IMG/VR virus record: IMGVR_UViG_2914436621_000001
Coordinates: 1 to 64,000 of that record
DNA from: a virus
Lineage: Duplodnaviria > Caudoviricetes
Direction: 5' to 3' (one strand)
DNA: 64,000 nt
Position numbers and translations under genes: made by a program. The notes beneath the pieces are model-generated. The model was given only the letters and a program-made list of their open reading frames with translations. It was not told the DNA's origin and did no database searches. This document shows, one piece after another, positions 39,745 to 48,488 of this stretch (positions are counted from its first letter, which is position 1; each line of letters opens with the position of its first letter).

Positions 39745-40005
39745 ATGCTGATTGTTGGAGTTCAACAACAGCCCGTGAAGTTAAGCTTTTCTGAGTGGCT
39801 CAAGGTGACACGCGATCGCACAGGAGTGACGCAGGCTCGATTAGCAGCAGAGTTGCAGGTCAGGCCGCAAACGATTAGCAACTGGGAGAACGGAGTATCT
39901 TCTCCGAGCCTTGATCCTGTTCAAATGCTCAAGCTCTGCACTTTGCTCAAGGTGAGCCTTGAAGAATTGGCGATTGCGTATCAAAGCGAAGGGCACGATG
40001 CCTAA
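39745..40005 (+). CDS. XRE-family HTH regulator
   Basis: TQARLAAELQVRPQTISNWENG. Confidence 0.88.
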   Translation: MLIVGVQQQPVKLSFSEWLKVTRDRTGVTQARLAAELQVRPQTISNWENGVSSPSLDPVQMLKLCTLLKVSLEELAIAYQSEGHDA

Positions 40006-40104
40006 ATACAAAAAACCGCCCCATGTGGGACAGCAAAGCAGTTAGTAGTGTAAGTGCGTGGCTCTCGAACGGAAAACCATTTACAAGGCTAGCGTTCCCG
40101 ATTC

Positions 40105-40139
40105 AAACAAAAGCACCCTGCCGAGGGTGCTTTTGTTTT
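40105..40139. terminator. Bidirectional terminator
   Basis: AAACAAAAGCACCCT-GCCG-AGGGTGCTTTTGTTT between convergent units. Confidence 0.75.
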
Positions 40140-40158
40140 GCGGTGGTGGGGCGATCGC

Positions 40159-40350
40159 TCATCCGTTTGAAATCAGATGAGAAACAGTGTCTGAGGCAAG
40201 CTGCACTAAGGTTCTTGCTTGCAGAAGCTTGCCGTCACTGCTGCATTCATAGAGTCCGAGCTTTTCATTTTTGCTGGCCTCTGAAACGCCGAAAGGCTGA
40301 AATATCTTGTTAAATCCAGCTACCGATATGTTTGAGCCTTGCCAAGTCAT
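40159..40350 (-). CDS. Small hypothetical protein
   Basis: MTWQGSNISVAG... with GGAGG RBS. Confidence 0.5.
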   Translation of the reverse strand: MTWQGSNISVAGFNKIFQPFGVSEASKNEKLGLYECSSDGKLLQARTLVQLASDTVSHLISNG

Positions 40351-40360
40351 CCGTACCTCC

Positions 40361-40777
40361 TTACTTTTTGCTTTGCTGTGGTGGGGCGATCGCCGCCCAA
40401 TCAAGACATTGAGGCTGTGGCTTTTCCACAGGATGAACTGAGCAGGGATTAGCTAGATAGTCGATCGCCGCCACGCTGAAATACTTGCAGTTAAAGCATT
40501 CTGCACATTCCTCAATCTCTTCGCGATCGCTGTAATGGCGGATCGCCAGACAACCGCCTACCAGCACCCAGGTCAGGCTAAGTCCCGTTGCGGTAGCTGA
40601 GGTCTGAACCACTCCAATAATTTGACCTTCCCGATGGTCGCTGATAAAAGGGCTGGCAACAAACAGGGTACTGGTGGATAGCAAGGTTGCAGCCAAAGCA
40701 CTCAGAAAGGTTGAAGCAGCGGCGCAGCAGTTAGCGCCAATGAGCTTTTCTGCAATGGTTCTTTTGGGGTCGGTCAT
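40361..40777 (-). CDS. Membrane protein with C-terminal DUF6464-like Cys/His domain
   Basis: Two TM segments; CFNCKYF...CSVHP....C.DW. Confidence 0.6.
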   Translation of the reverse strand: MTDPKRTIAEKLIGANCCAAASTFLSALAATLLSTSTLFVASPFISDHREGQIIGVVQTSATATGLSLTWVLVGGCLAIRHYSDREEIEECAECFNCKYFSVAAIDYLANPCSVHPVEKPQPQCLDWAAIAPPQQSKK

Positions 40778-40795
40778 GAATCAGTCCTTATCGAT

Positions 40796-42388
40796 CTATC
40801 TGGTTTCTTCAACCTGAAATTTGGCGAGCAAGCTATCAATGTATTTAGAAATTTCCTGCCGCTTCCTGCCGCTGGTTACTCCCATGTGTTGCTCAATAAA
40901 TCTGGTTCGCCCCATGCCTTTGCTGAGCGTCAAAAACAATCCGAGAAAACTCCGCTCGCTCAGGCCAGCCCAATTTTGTCCCAATTCTTGAATCAACCCT
41001 AAAACGGGTTTGTCCACCAGTCCATGCGGGTTGTCCGGGTTTTGTCCAGCGCTTGTCCCGGTTTTGTCCGGGTTTTGTCCATCTCTGTCCGGTGTTTGTC
41101 TTGACCCATTTGAGCTGGTCAGTTCAGGGAATCGAGTTAACATCCAAACCACTGGATCTGGATGCCCATACTCATTAGTTTCGGTGAGAATCCATGATGG
41201 CAACTCCCATCGGTCTTCTCTACCGTTTCGATCGATCAGATATTTGCCAGTGGGCGATCGCTCACCCATTTCGTCTTCAGTGTGAACGGCAAAGATGCCA
41301 ACACGACCACTGCGCCAGGTCGCATCCATGCCTTTCAACCCATGAGCGCCGGAGGTGTCATTTTGGCTGATGCCGATGAAACCTATGCCGCTCTTTGGTC
41401 CTTTCATCAGCACAGCGGTGAGCAGCTTCTGCAAATCGATTTCGTATTGGCTAGCAGCGGCCAGCATTTCGTCAAAAATGACAGACTGATGCTTTAAAGA
41501 ATGTTTTGAGGCGGATTCAATAGCACGGGTCATCCGGTCAACACCCTGAGAGTAAGCTCGAAAGTTGCTGGCTACCTCGCTCCAGGCAATTCGTTTGGGG
41601 TAATCATCGTCGGTGCTAAAATAGCCAACCTGATGATCTAAGGCTAACCGGGCGATCGCCAGCATCAAGGCAGCGGTTGTTTTCCCGCTTTGGGACGCGC
41701 CATAAAACCAGACAAACGGATGGTGGATTAGCGACCCAAGCGGGAAACCGTCACGACCTAGCACCGTGAGCAGATCCACCATCCGCGCCCTGGGGTCAGG
41801 GTTGGATAAGTCAGGCTCCATTGAGCGCTGCTCATCGCTATCATCTGGCTCATCATTGGCAGGTAGGTCAATCGACCTTTCTTCTGACTCTGATCCAACG
41901 GCTTGATTGGTGAAGGCAGACGGAGTAAGCGTTGCAGGTTCAAGCAATTTATTTAATGACTCCTTCCGCTGAGGCTTAGGCTTCTCCTGACGCTGCCTCC
42001 AAAGGTTGAGCAACGCCTCTGCATCGGGCGATAGCCGCAACCCTTTCTTCTCCGCCCATATCAACTGCGCGATCGCAGTCTCGTCGCCATACTGTTCGCA
42101 ATACTCGCCTAGCGAATGACCTTCTAACTCATGAGCAACGCAGCCATACTGCTGGATGGCTGTCTGACTCTCGCTCATTTCTTTGTTCCGTCGCCAAGCA
42201 GTGTGGATGCCGATGATAGCAGGCGGCAAGAATGCGAAACCTGTTCCAGTAACTGCCGCGAGGGCAACCCCCGCAACAATGCCACTCACCCCAATCAATC
42301 CAGTGTGGGTGCCCTTAGCGGCTTTGAGGTAAGCATGCTCGATCCATTGTTCATCTGTCAGTTTTGCTGATTCCATAGAGAATTTCAT
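40796..42388 (-). CDS. Membrane-anchored FtsK/HerA-like P-loop ATPase
   Basis: N-terminal TM hairpin; GASQSGKT Walker A; VIFDE Walker B; IGISQ conserved Gln; small C-terminal helical domain. Confidence 0.75.
   Translation of the reverse strand: MKFSMESAKLTDEQWIEHAYLKAAKGTHTGLIGVSGIVAGVALAAVTGTGFAFLPPAIIGIHTAWRRNKEMSESQTAIQQYGCVAHELEGHSLGEYCEQYGDETAIAQLIWAEKKGLRLSPDAEALLNLWRQRQEKPKPQRKESLNKLLEPATLTPSAFTNQAVGSESEERSIDLPANDEPDDSDEQRSMEPDLSNPDPRARMVDLLTVLGRDGFPLGSLIHHPFVWFYGASQSGKTTAALMLAIARLALDHQVGYFSTDDDYPKRIAWSEVASNFRAYSQGVDRMTRAIESASKHSLKHQSVIFDEMLAAASQYEIDLQKLLTAVLMKGPKSGIGFIGISQNDTSGAHGLKGMDATWRSGRVGIFAVHTEDEMGERSPTGKYLIDRNGREDRWELPSWILTETNEYGHPDPVVWMLTRFPELTSSNGSRQTPDRDGQNPDKTGTSAGQNPDNPHGLVDKPVLGLIQELGQNWAGLSERSFLGLFLTLSKGMGRTRFIEQHMGVTSGRKRQEISKYIDSLLAKFQVEETR
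40977..41100. repeat. Helically phased direct repeats (minus-strand consensus GGACAAAACCC)
   Basis: TGTCC cores at 40977, 41011, 41032, 41043, 41054, 41065, 41076 and 41086, plus TGTC at 41097. Confidence 0.85.
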
Positions 42389-42401
42389 ACGTCAGCACCT
42401 T

Positions 42402-43145
42402 CTAGCGGTGAGCCTTGAGATGGGTGATTAGGTTGGACAAGCCGAACATCACTTTGACCAGGAACTCGACGCAGTACAGGCAGAAGCCGATCGCTGCCAC
42501 GTTACCCCAGTTGATTTGATTCCACTGCCCGGTCATCAGGACTAACCACGCTCTATCAAACCCACCTTCAATTGGCGGGTAAATGGTGCTAACAACGCAG
42601 AAGTCGAGAATGTACGCAAAGCAGGCGGCATTCCTGGCTGTTGCAACCGTTTGCAGTGGTAAGCGGTTGTAGACTTTTTTCAAGGATTGAAGCAACGGGT
42701 CTTCCCAGGGGCGAACGCTATATTTTCTGCCGGACTCAGCATCATTGATGATGCCTTGCATCAAAATTCGGTTGCGTTCAACAAAGACTGGAGCCGTCTC
42801 GCAAATCTGGATGAATAGCCAAAGAATTGCTCCCAAGAGCCAGAAGATGATGCTCAAAGGAATGCCAGCCAGCCAAGCGACTACTCCACTAGTCGGGACA
42901 ACTCCAGTCAGGCCGACGAGATACTCAACGGCTCTACTGTAGGGGAAGATGTTCAACCAGCAAAAGAATAGTGCAATGAGTGCGGCTGTCCAATATAGGA
43001 GACTGAAGATCCAGGTGTCTTTTAACGCGGAAAGCCATCGTCGGCCCTGCCATTTGCCGCTGCTGCTATCCGCTGGCTCTTGCCAGTTAGATTGCGGTGC
43101 CTGGTAGTCCTCTTCATGCCGTCTGGTTCTGGATTGATAGGCCAT
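42402..43145 (-). CDS. Multi-pass membrane protein
   Basis: About four hydrophobic segments; in operon with ATPase. Confidence 0.75.
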   Translation of the reverse strand: MAYQSRTRRHEEDYQAPQSNWQEPADSSSGKWQGRRWLSALKDTWIFSLLYWTAALIALFFCWLNIFPYSRAVEYLVGLTGVVPTSGVVAWLAGIPLSIIFWLLGAILWLFIQICETAPVFVERNRILMQGIINDAESGRKYSVRPWEDPLLQSLKKVYNRLPLQTVATARNAACFAYILDFCVVSTIYPPIEGGFDRAWLVLMTGQWNQINWGNVAAIGFCLYCVEFLVKVMFGLSNLITHLKAHR

Positions 43146-43148
43146 TAG

Positions 43149-43661
43149 TTAGTTCCTCACGGGGTTTGAGTAAGTGCCTTCTGCAAACTGGCGTTGCTCT
43201 GCTTCTCGAACGATCGCCTTGTTGCCTGTATAGGCAGGCAGGCTGATTTTGCTGTTGCCATCTAGGATTGCAGTGTTGCCGTTAGCGTCGCAGACCACCG
43301 TGCCAGGTGGCAGTGGTGAGCCATCGACCGGATCGACCACGCGTGCCCCAACGGCAACATTGGCGTATTGATTGGGAGTGTCTGCAAAGTAAATGAACAT
43401 ACAGCCTGCGACGTATCGCCCTTCGGCGATCGCGGCCTGCTGTTCAGCGAAAAGGGTGGAAGCTTCTGCCTCGGCGCTCAAAGCCGCATTGGCTTTGATT
43501 TGCTGCGCTCGAACTTCAGACGCTTTCATGTTTTCGAGAATGTTTTGATGGTTCATTGCTGCGATCGCTGCCGTGGCCACCAATGCGAGGGAAAGCATGG
43601 GATTTCGCTGCGCCCAGTTTTTACGGCTGGTATTGGACTGGAGTTCTTGGAATAAGCTCAT
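43149..43661 (-). CDS. Single-TM / exported protein
   Basis: N-terminal hydrophobic helix, coiled-coil, C-terminal domain with two Cys. Confidence 0.7.
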   Translation of the reverse strand: MSLFQELQSNTSRKNWAQRNPMLSLALVATAAIAAMNHQNILENMKASEVRAQQIKANAALSAEAEASTLFAEQQAAIAEGRYVAGCMFIYFADTPNQYANVAVGARVVDPVDGSPLPPGTVVCDANGNTAILDGNSKISLPAYTGNKAIVREAEQRQFAEGTYSNPVRN

Positions 43662-43996
43662 CAGGCGAACACTCCTTGCTGAACCTGAGCAATGAGGGCA
43701 GCGAGTAGATCAAGGAGGTCGCGTTCGGGCAGATCGAAGATATCGATTAAGGCTTCATCCAGGCCAACAGCCTTCAGTTCGTCCTCGACTACGTACTGGA
43801 GCGGGAATTCGACGTACTGTTCGGGCGACAGATATAATTCCAGTTCGTCTGTCGCTAGCACAGAACCGATCGCCCCGACCAGTGTGAGCTTGCAGCGTTT
43901 GGTCATCTTTTGGAAGGTGGAGCCAAACTCCTGGGTCAATCCTTCACAAATTTCTGTGTAGGTAGGGCTTTCTGGATAAGTAGCGTTTTCTGGCAT
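43661..43996 (-). CDS. Acidic hypothetical protein
   Basis: 111 aa; GAGG RBS; coupled to downstream gene. Confidence 0.65.
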   Translation of the reverse strand: MPENATYPESPTYTEICEGLTQEFGSTFQKMTKRCKLTLVGAIGSVLATDELELYLSPEQYVEFPLQYVVEDELKAVGLDEALIDIFDLPERDLLDLLAALIAQVQQGVFA

Positions 43997-44047
43997 GTTG
44001 GAATCCTCTTGGCTATATGGGCTGGATTGAATAGCTGGACCGGAATT

Positions 44048-44069
44048 CCAGTCCGGAATTCCGGACTGG
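44048..44069. repeat. Palindrome family B copy
   Basis: CCAGTCCGGAATTCCGGACTGG, preceded by overlapping partial copy GGACCGGAATTCC. Confidence 0.88.
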
Positions 44070-44319
44070 GTTAGCGACTGGAATAACGATTGAGCAAAGC
44101 CATGTAGTTGGCTTTAGTAATGCGCCGCCTGCCGCCATCGGGCAAAAGGGCGTAATAGATGCGATTCTTTCCGGTTTCTCCGTTGTTGGTTATTCCGCAG
44201 CATTCATTTGCTGCAACTCGTTTCAGTGCCATTGTTTTGTGAGCATAAAGGGCTGTTGAAGAGATGCCATGCGGTGAGGACGGAACCCACCAGCATGGCG
44301 AGGACGAGCGCTTTGCAGA

Positions 44320-44769
44320 TCAGGAACCCGTTAGATTCCGCTGGATTGGGATTCCGGGAAGCGCGAAAAAATCCCCAAACTCCACCTCAAATACCTGTGA
44401 ATCTGCGATTTGCTCTGGCTTTTCATACTGGCGATCGAGGTTTTCGATCTTTTCCACAGCAGCGGCAAAGATGCGAGCTTTGGTTGTGCGATGCAGCTCA
44501 ACCAACACGTCAGAGGCTTGCTCCACGTAGCGCTGATTTGCCTGAATTGCACCTGCCAGCTCTTGATTTAGTTCGGCAGTTTGCTGGTGAAATCGGTTGG
44601 CAGTAATACGCGTGTTGTCGGCATAGACACGAGCAATCTCTCCGGTTTCAACAGGCTGAAATGCTTTATCAGTCTGCTTTTGGCTAGGGTGAATTGGTCG
44701 CTTAATCTGCTGCTTTTGGTTGTTTAGAACAGCTTGCTCTTCGGGGGTTAAATTGCTGTGTTCAGTCAT
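44320..44769 (-). CDS. Coiled-coil protein
   Basis: Likely start MTEHSN overlapping upstream stop. Confidence 0.65.
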   Translation of the reverse strand: MTEHSNLTPEEQAVLNNQKQQIKRPIHPSQKQTDKAFQPVETGEIARVYADNTRITANRFHQQTAELNQELAGAIQANQRYVEQASDVLVELHRTTKARIFAAAVEKIENLDRQYEKPEQIADSQVFEVEFGDFFALPGIPIQRNLTGS

Positions 44770-45070
44770 TGGGGTACCTTTCAGGGTGTTGATTAAGGTC
44801 TTTAAGTAGCGCAGTTTTTGCTCGCTCAAGGGAGCGATCGCGCTTTAGGTGATTGGCAATAAAGAGGAACTTAGCGACATCGCGCTTGCCATATAGCGGC
44901 TTACGTTGCACCAGACAGAAGGGGAGCCACTCATAAAACTGGGAGACGCTTAACTCGCGATCAGCCCATATCAGTAGCTCTCGCCTAACGTCATCTCTGG
45001 TGTAGTCCTCTAGTAGTTGTGCTGTGGGCATTTCAGGCTCTCGGCTGAATGTCACCGGAATCTCAAGCAA
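44762..45070 (-). CDS. Putative DNA-binding protein (MerR/wHTH-like)
   Basis: YTRDDVRREL...LSVSQFYEWL...YGKRDVAKF pattern. Confidence 0.5.
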   Translation of the reverse strand: MLEIPVTFSREPEMPTAQLLEDYTRDDVRRELLIWADRELSVSQFYEWLPFCLVQRKPLYGKRDVAKFLFIANHLKRDRSLERAKTALLKDLNQHPERYPND

Positions 45071-45121
45071 TTCTGATCAGATTCGGGTGACATTCCGGAT
45101 ACATGCAAAATAGCACATTTT

Positions 45122-45180
45122 TAGTAGCTGTAAAGCTACTAGATAGTAGCTAGCTAAAGTTTTTAAGCTGAATAGTAGCC
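45122..45180. promoter_or_regulatory. TAGTAGC repeat operator between divergent operons
   Basis: TAGTAGCT-GTAA-AGCTACTA palindrome plus further TAGTAGC copies. Confidence 0.6.
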
Positions 45181-45229
45181 AAACGGCTGTTAGTTCTTAC
45201 GATGGAAAGGAAGCAACAACGGAGCGTAT

Positions 45230-45631
45230 GTGAGCAAGCGCGTATTTTTAACCTTGCCTGACGGCGTAGCTGCCGACTTGAAGCGATGGGCTGATAGCGA
45301 AAGCAATAATTCTGCTGGATTGGCAGGTTTCCTGGTAGAGCAAGCGGTGCGCCAGGCGAAGGAGGAGGGCAAGATTCCTCCACCTCCTGGTGGGTCACCA
45401 CTACCGGAATACAAATCCCTATCTCAGCTAGTTATGCACAACCTCAGCAAGCTAGCCGAGTCAGGCAAGCTACCACAAAAGCGGCTGAAGGAGCTGATGG
45501 ACGGCGATCGCCCCACAGAAGTCGAAGTTTTGCGGATTGCTCTGTTACTGGAGTTGACCGAAGAGTACGTTTCAGACCTGCCAATCAATGGAGGAGTGAA
45601 TGGCGACAAAACAAAAACTGGAACTAAATGA
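45230..45631 (+). CDS. Ribbon-helix-helix (CopG/Arc-like) regulator with C-terminal HTH-like domain
   Basis: KRVFLTLPDGVAADLKRWAD....AGLAGFLVEQAV. Confidence 0.75.
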   Translation: MSKRVFLTLPDGVAADLKRWADSESNNSAGLAGFLVEQAVRQAKEEGKIPPPPGGSPLPEYKSLSQLVMHNLSKLAESGKLPQKRLKELMDGDRPTEVEVLRIALLLELTEEYVSDLPINGGVNGDKTKTGTK

Positions 45632-46295
45632 TTACTTGCCAAGCAATTGGCAAGTTCTACCAACAGCTAATGGCGTTCGCCTGGTGGCACCTAACGGTAT
45701 GGATGCTCAGTTCTTCTATGAAGGAGCAAGAGAGTATTTAAAGCTTTCGGCGCAAACTCTTGGCTCAATCGAATTGCTCTGGGATGGCTGCGCTCAGCCA
45801 ATCAAGGTGGAAGGCATGGCTAGCGCTAAGTCACCAAGCATCGACAGCTACGCTCCCTCTAAAATCAGCCCTGATGCTAACCATGAGGCGGTGGCAGACT
45901 TCATCAAAGGCAAAAAAGCTGAAGGGCTAATTGTCACCATTACCAGCATGGTGAGCGATAAATGTTTACTGGTTAACGATCTTCAGGTATTCGATCGCGG
46001 CGGTGGCTGGACCGGCGATGACTGGATTGGATTGGATTTCAAAAAGCTATGGCGAGACTCGTTTCAGATTGGCAAGACCAACTACTACGGGCAGCTCGTT
46101 CAAGCAATTGAACGCGATCGCGGTATTTCAGATTTTCACTATCACATCCGCCGCCCGTCCGGAGCGCTGGCAGAATATAGCAGCAGCTACCACTTTGTAG
46201 AAAACTTTTTGGAAGTGCCCGTCAGGATTGCAGTATCCAAGGTGGGTGACTGGAGAGTTATTGAGAGTGCAACTGACGGCAGTGAAACGATCTAG
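45600..46295 (+). CDS. Hypothetical protein with PAS-like C-terminal domain
   Basis: LLVND.....GWTGDDWIGLDFKKLW...L..AI......Y.IRRPSG PAS-type pattern. Confidence 0.55.
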   Translation: MATKQKLELNDYLPSNWQVLPTANGVRLVAPNGMDAQFFYEGAREYLKLSAQTLGSIELLWDGCAQPIKVEGMASAKSPSIDSYAPSKISPDANHEAVADFIKGKKAEGLIVTITSMVSDKCLLVNDLQVFDRGGGWTGDDWIGLDFKKLWRDSFQIGKTNYYGQLVQAIERDRGISDFHYHIRRPSGALAEYSSSYHFVENFLEVPVRIAVSKVGDWRVIESATDGSETI

Positions 46296-46297
46296 AT

Positions 46298-46322
46298 CAA
46301 ATCCGCAACCGTTGCGGATTTG
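46298..46322. repeat. Palindrome family A copy
   Basis: CAAATCCGCAACCGTTGCGGATTTG. Confidence 0.9.
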
Positions 46323-46627
46323 GAAGAGTCGATCGCCCCTACCTCTTCTTGCTACTCTTTACCCGTCGCCACGCCCAACGCAGCGGCCAGGTGACAAGCC
46401 AGAGCAACCAAAGGACGATCGCAACATCATAACGGCGGGTAAATCGATGCATGAAGTCTCCTGATTTCGCTGGGTTCAGCGTGCCCAAATTCGCAATGGG
46501 GCACAATGGAAACAACTGTTCTACGACAGCCAGCGGCGGTTGCTCTTCCAAGGGGTAGCAGCCGCTTTTGCGTTAGATGGAGCTGGCGGTTGGGGACTTT
46601 AAACCAGAACCCCTTGGAAGAAACAAC

Positions 46628-46858
46628 ATGACAACACAACCATCTGGACAACCCAACTCTCAGAACCCAACATTGATGGAGCTGCGATCGCTACGGCGTG
46701 AGTTTGCAGAACTCAAATCAGAAGTAACTGGATTACGTGCAGACCTCAATAACAAGAAACCGCTTGACATCACAGACCAGGTAGCGAAGGGTGTCGTGGT
46801 TGCAGGTTTCTTCTGGATTGTGATGGCTGCGTTCTTTCAGGCTTGTATGTCTCTCTAG
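46628..46858 (+). CDS. Small coiled-coil protein with C-terminal TM
   Basis: MTTQPSG...ELRSLRREFAELKSEV...GVVVAGFFWIVMAAFF. Confidence 0.55.
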   Translation: MTTQPSGQPNSQNPTLMELRSLRREFAELKSEVTGLRADLNNKKPLDITDQVAKGVVVAGFFWIVMAAFFQACMSL

Positions 46859-46951
46859 CGTGGTGAGCGGTCGAACAGGCTGAACCAAACAACTGAAGAC
46901 GGAAGAAGTCAGTAACCCTAGCTACTCCAGCTAGGGTTACTGACTCGATCT

Positions 46952-47659
46952 TTAGAGCATCCAACTATGTTCAGGGCAGTAAGCATTGATGGCGGCTACA
47001 TTAATTGCTGCAAGAAGTGAAGCAGGCACATCGCTAGCGGCCTGTTGTCGTAATACAACCTGCAAAGAGCCATGTGCTTGAACGGTTGGGCAAATCATAC
47101 GTGCATACGAAACGATCGTTGCAGGTTCAACAGATCTAGCAGACTCTAATACTCTTGGGTAATCTGCTCCAATGCCTGAGAAAATAGCCCAAAACTGCTC
47201 GTCCAAAACACCAGAAGCAGTAACAGGAGCGGCAGCAACAGGCTGTGAATAGCCGCTAGTTGATGGTGTTGTGGTTTGAGGTCTTGCACTTTCAACCGAT
47301 GCAAGTGCTCTATCCCAATCAAACGATTGTCCCGATGCTTGTTGAGAAGATGGTTGAATGACAGTGGATGTTGATTGGCATCTCGGATCGCTGCTTCGAG
47401 CGTATTCCACCCTGGAAGCTCGGTAACCATCTAACTGGCTGCGATAAGCAACGAGCTGTTGGCGATAATCTGGAGTAATTTCGGCAGAACCAATTAGTTG
47501 TTGTATGGCAGCTATGGCATTATTCCAATCACTCGCACAGACAGAATTTTGCAGTTGAGACTGTAATTGTTGGACGTTGCTGACTTGAGCGATCGCAGGC
47601 GACATAATTGCTACGGCAAGAGATGCTACAGCAGCGGGCAGAGCACAAACCTTCAGCAT
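46952..47659 (-). CDS. Secreted protein with DUF732-like C-terminus
   Basis: Signal peptide ending PAIA-Q; C-terminal ARMIC...AAINAYCPEH. Confidence 0.65.
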   Translation of the reverse strand: MLKVCALPAAVASLAVAIMSPAIAQVSNVQQLQSQLQNSVCASDWNNAIAAIQQLIGSAEITPDYRQQLVAYRSQLDGYRASRVEYARSSDPRCQSTSTVIQPSSQQASGQSFDWDRALASVESARPQTTTPSTSGYSQPVAAAPVTASGVLDEQFWAIFSGIGADYPRVLESARSVEPATIVSYARMICPTVQAHGSLQVVLRQQAASDVPASLLAAINVAAINAYCPEHSWML

Positions 47660-47830
47660 ATTGAAGAGGAAGAAAACGCTATACGCTCAACGTGCCCGAG
47701 ACCTATGAACCTAAAACGCAACAAGAGTAAAGCTTGAATAAAGCCTTAGTTTCTCCCACGATCGGGTGATATTTCGGTGTTTCCAACTGACACAGTGACA
47801 TCACTTAAAGCTGATTTGTTACCTTAGCAA

Positions 47831-48217
47831 ATGCATCCGTCAACATCAGGGATGCACATGAAATTGACTCGGATTGAATACCGAAACTGGATAATTTTGG
47901 TTTTGCCTGTCGGAAGTAGGTGGAGGTTTTCATGCTCTCCTCCCAGCGGAGGAAGCATTACAGACAACAAGATTTATCAAGACCTTCATATCACCTGCGC
48001 GATCGCCAAAGCCCTTGTAGATCGCATCATTATTCGATGTGAAATAACAGGACTGCTTGACACTTGGCTGGAGTCAGGTCAAATTGCCACGGGGCAGTAC
48101 TTTGAAATTAGTCGCTTGATATCAGCACTAGTTAAGTCACAGCTTTCCGTTCATCTAGAAGACGATCAAACACGACCCTCGCCACCTCCGAAAAATCATC
48201 CCGACCCATCGCTCTGA
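47831..48217 (+). CDS. Hypothetical protein
   Basis: 128-aa ORF. Confidence 0.45.
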   Translation: MHPSTSGMHMKLTRIEYRNWIILVLPVGSRWRFSCSPPSGGSITDNKIYQDLHITCAIAKALVDRIIIRCEITGLLDTWLESGQIATGQYFEISRLISALVKSQLSVHLEDDQTRPSPPPKNHPDPSL

Positions 48218-48488
48218 TTTCTTGCAGGACTTCATCTAGTAACTTTTGCGGCTGCACCGGGATGTCATCCAAATATGACTCCAATTCCACTGGAGTCATA
48301 TTTAGGACGGGTGCAATAGATTCTCTTGTTTCTTGGCTTGGATAGGTCACCGCATCAAGATAAGCCAATGCACTTGGCTGACTTACACCTAATCTCCGAG
48401 CGAGTTGCCGCCCCGACAAATTATTTTCTTGCATGTATCGGATCAGCAGCGCTGCGAGCCGATCTTTTTTTGCCTGAAGCCTAGACAA
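48132..48488 (-). CDS. Cro/CI-type HTH repressor
   Basis: LSGRQLARRLGVSQPSALAYL; divergent from early operon. Confidence 0.8.
   Translation of the reverse strand: MSRLQAKKDRLAALLIRYMQENNLSGRQLARRLGVSQPSALAYLDAVTYPSQETRESIAPVLNMTPVELESYLDDIPVQPQKLLDEVLQEIRAMGRDDFSEVARVVFDRLLDERKAVT

Noticed and set aside
40977-41100. CRISPR or mini-array
   Set aside because: The period is 11 bp with no spacer-sized unique sequences, and there are no cas genes
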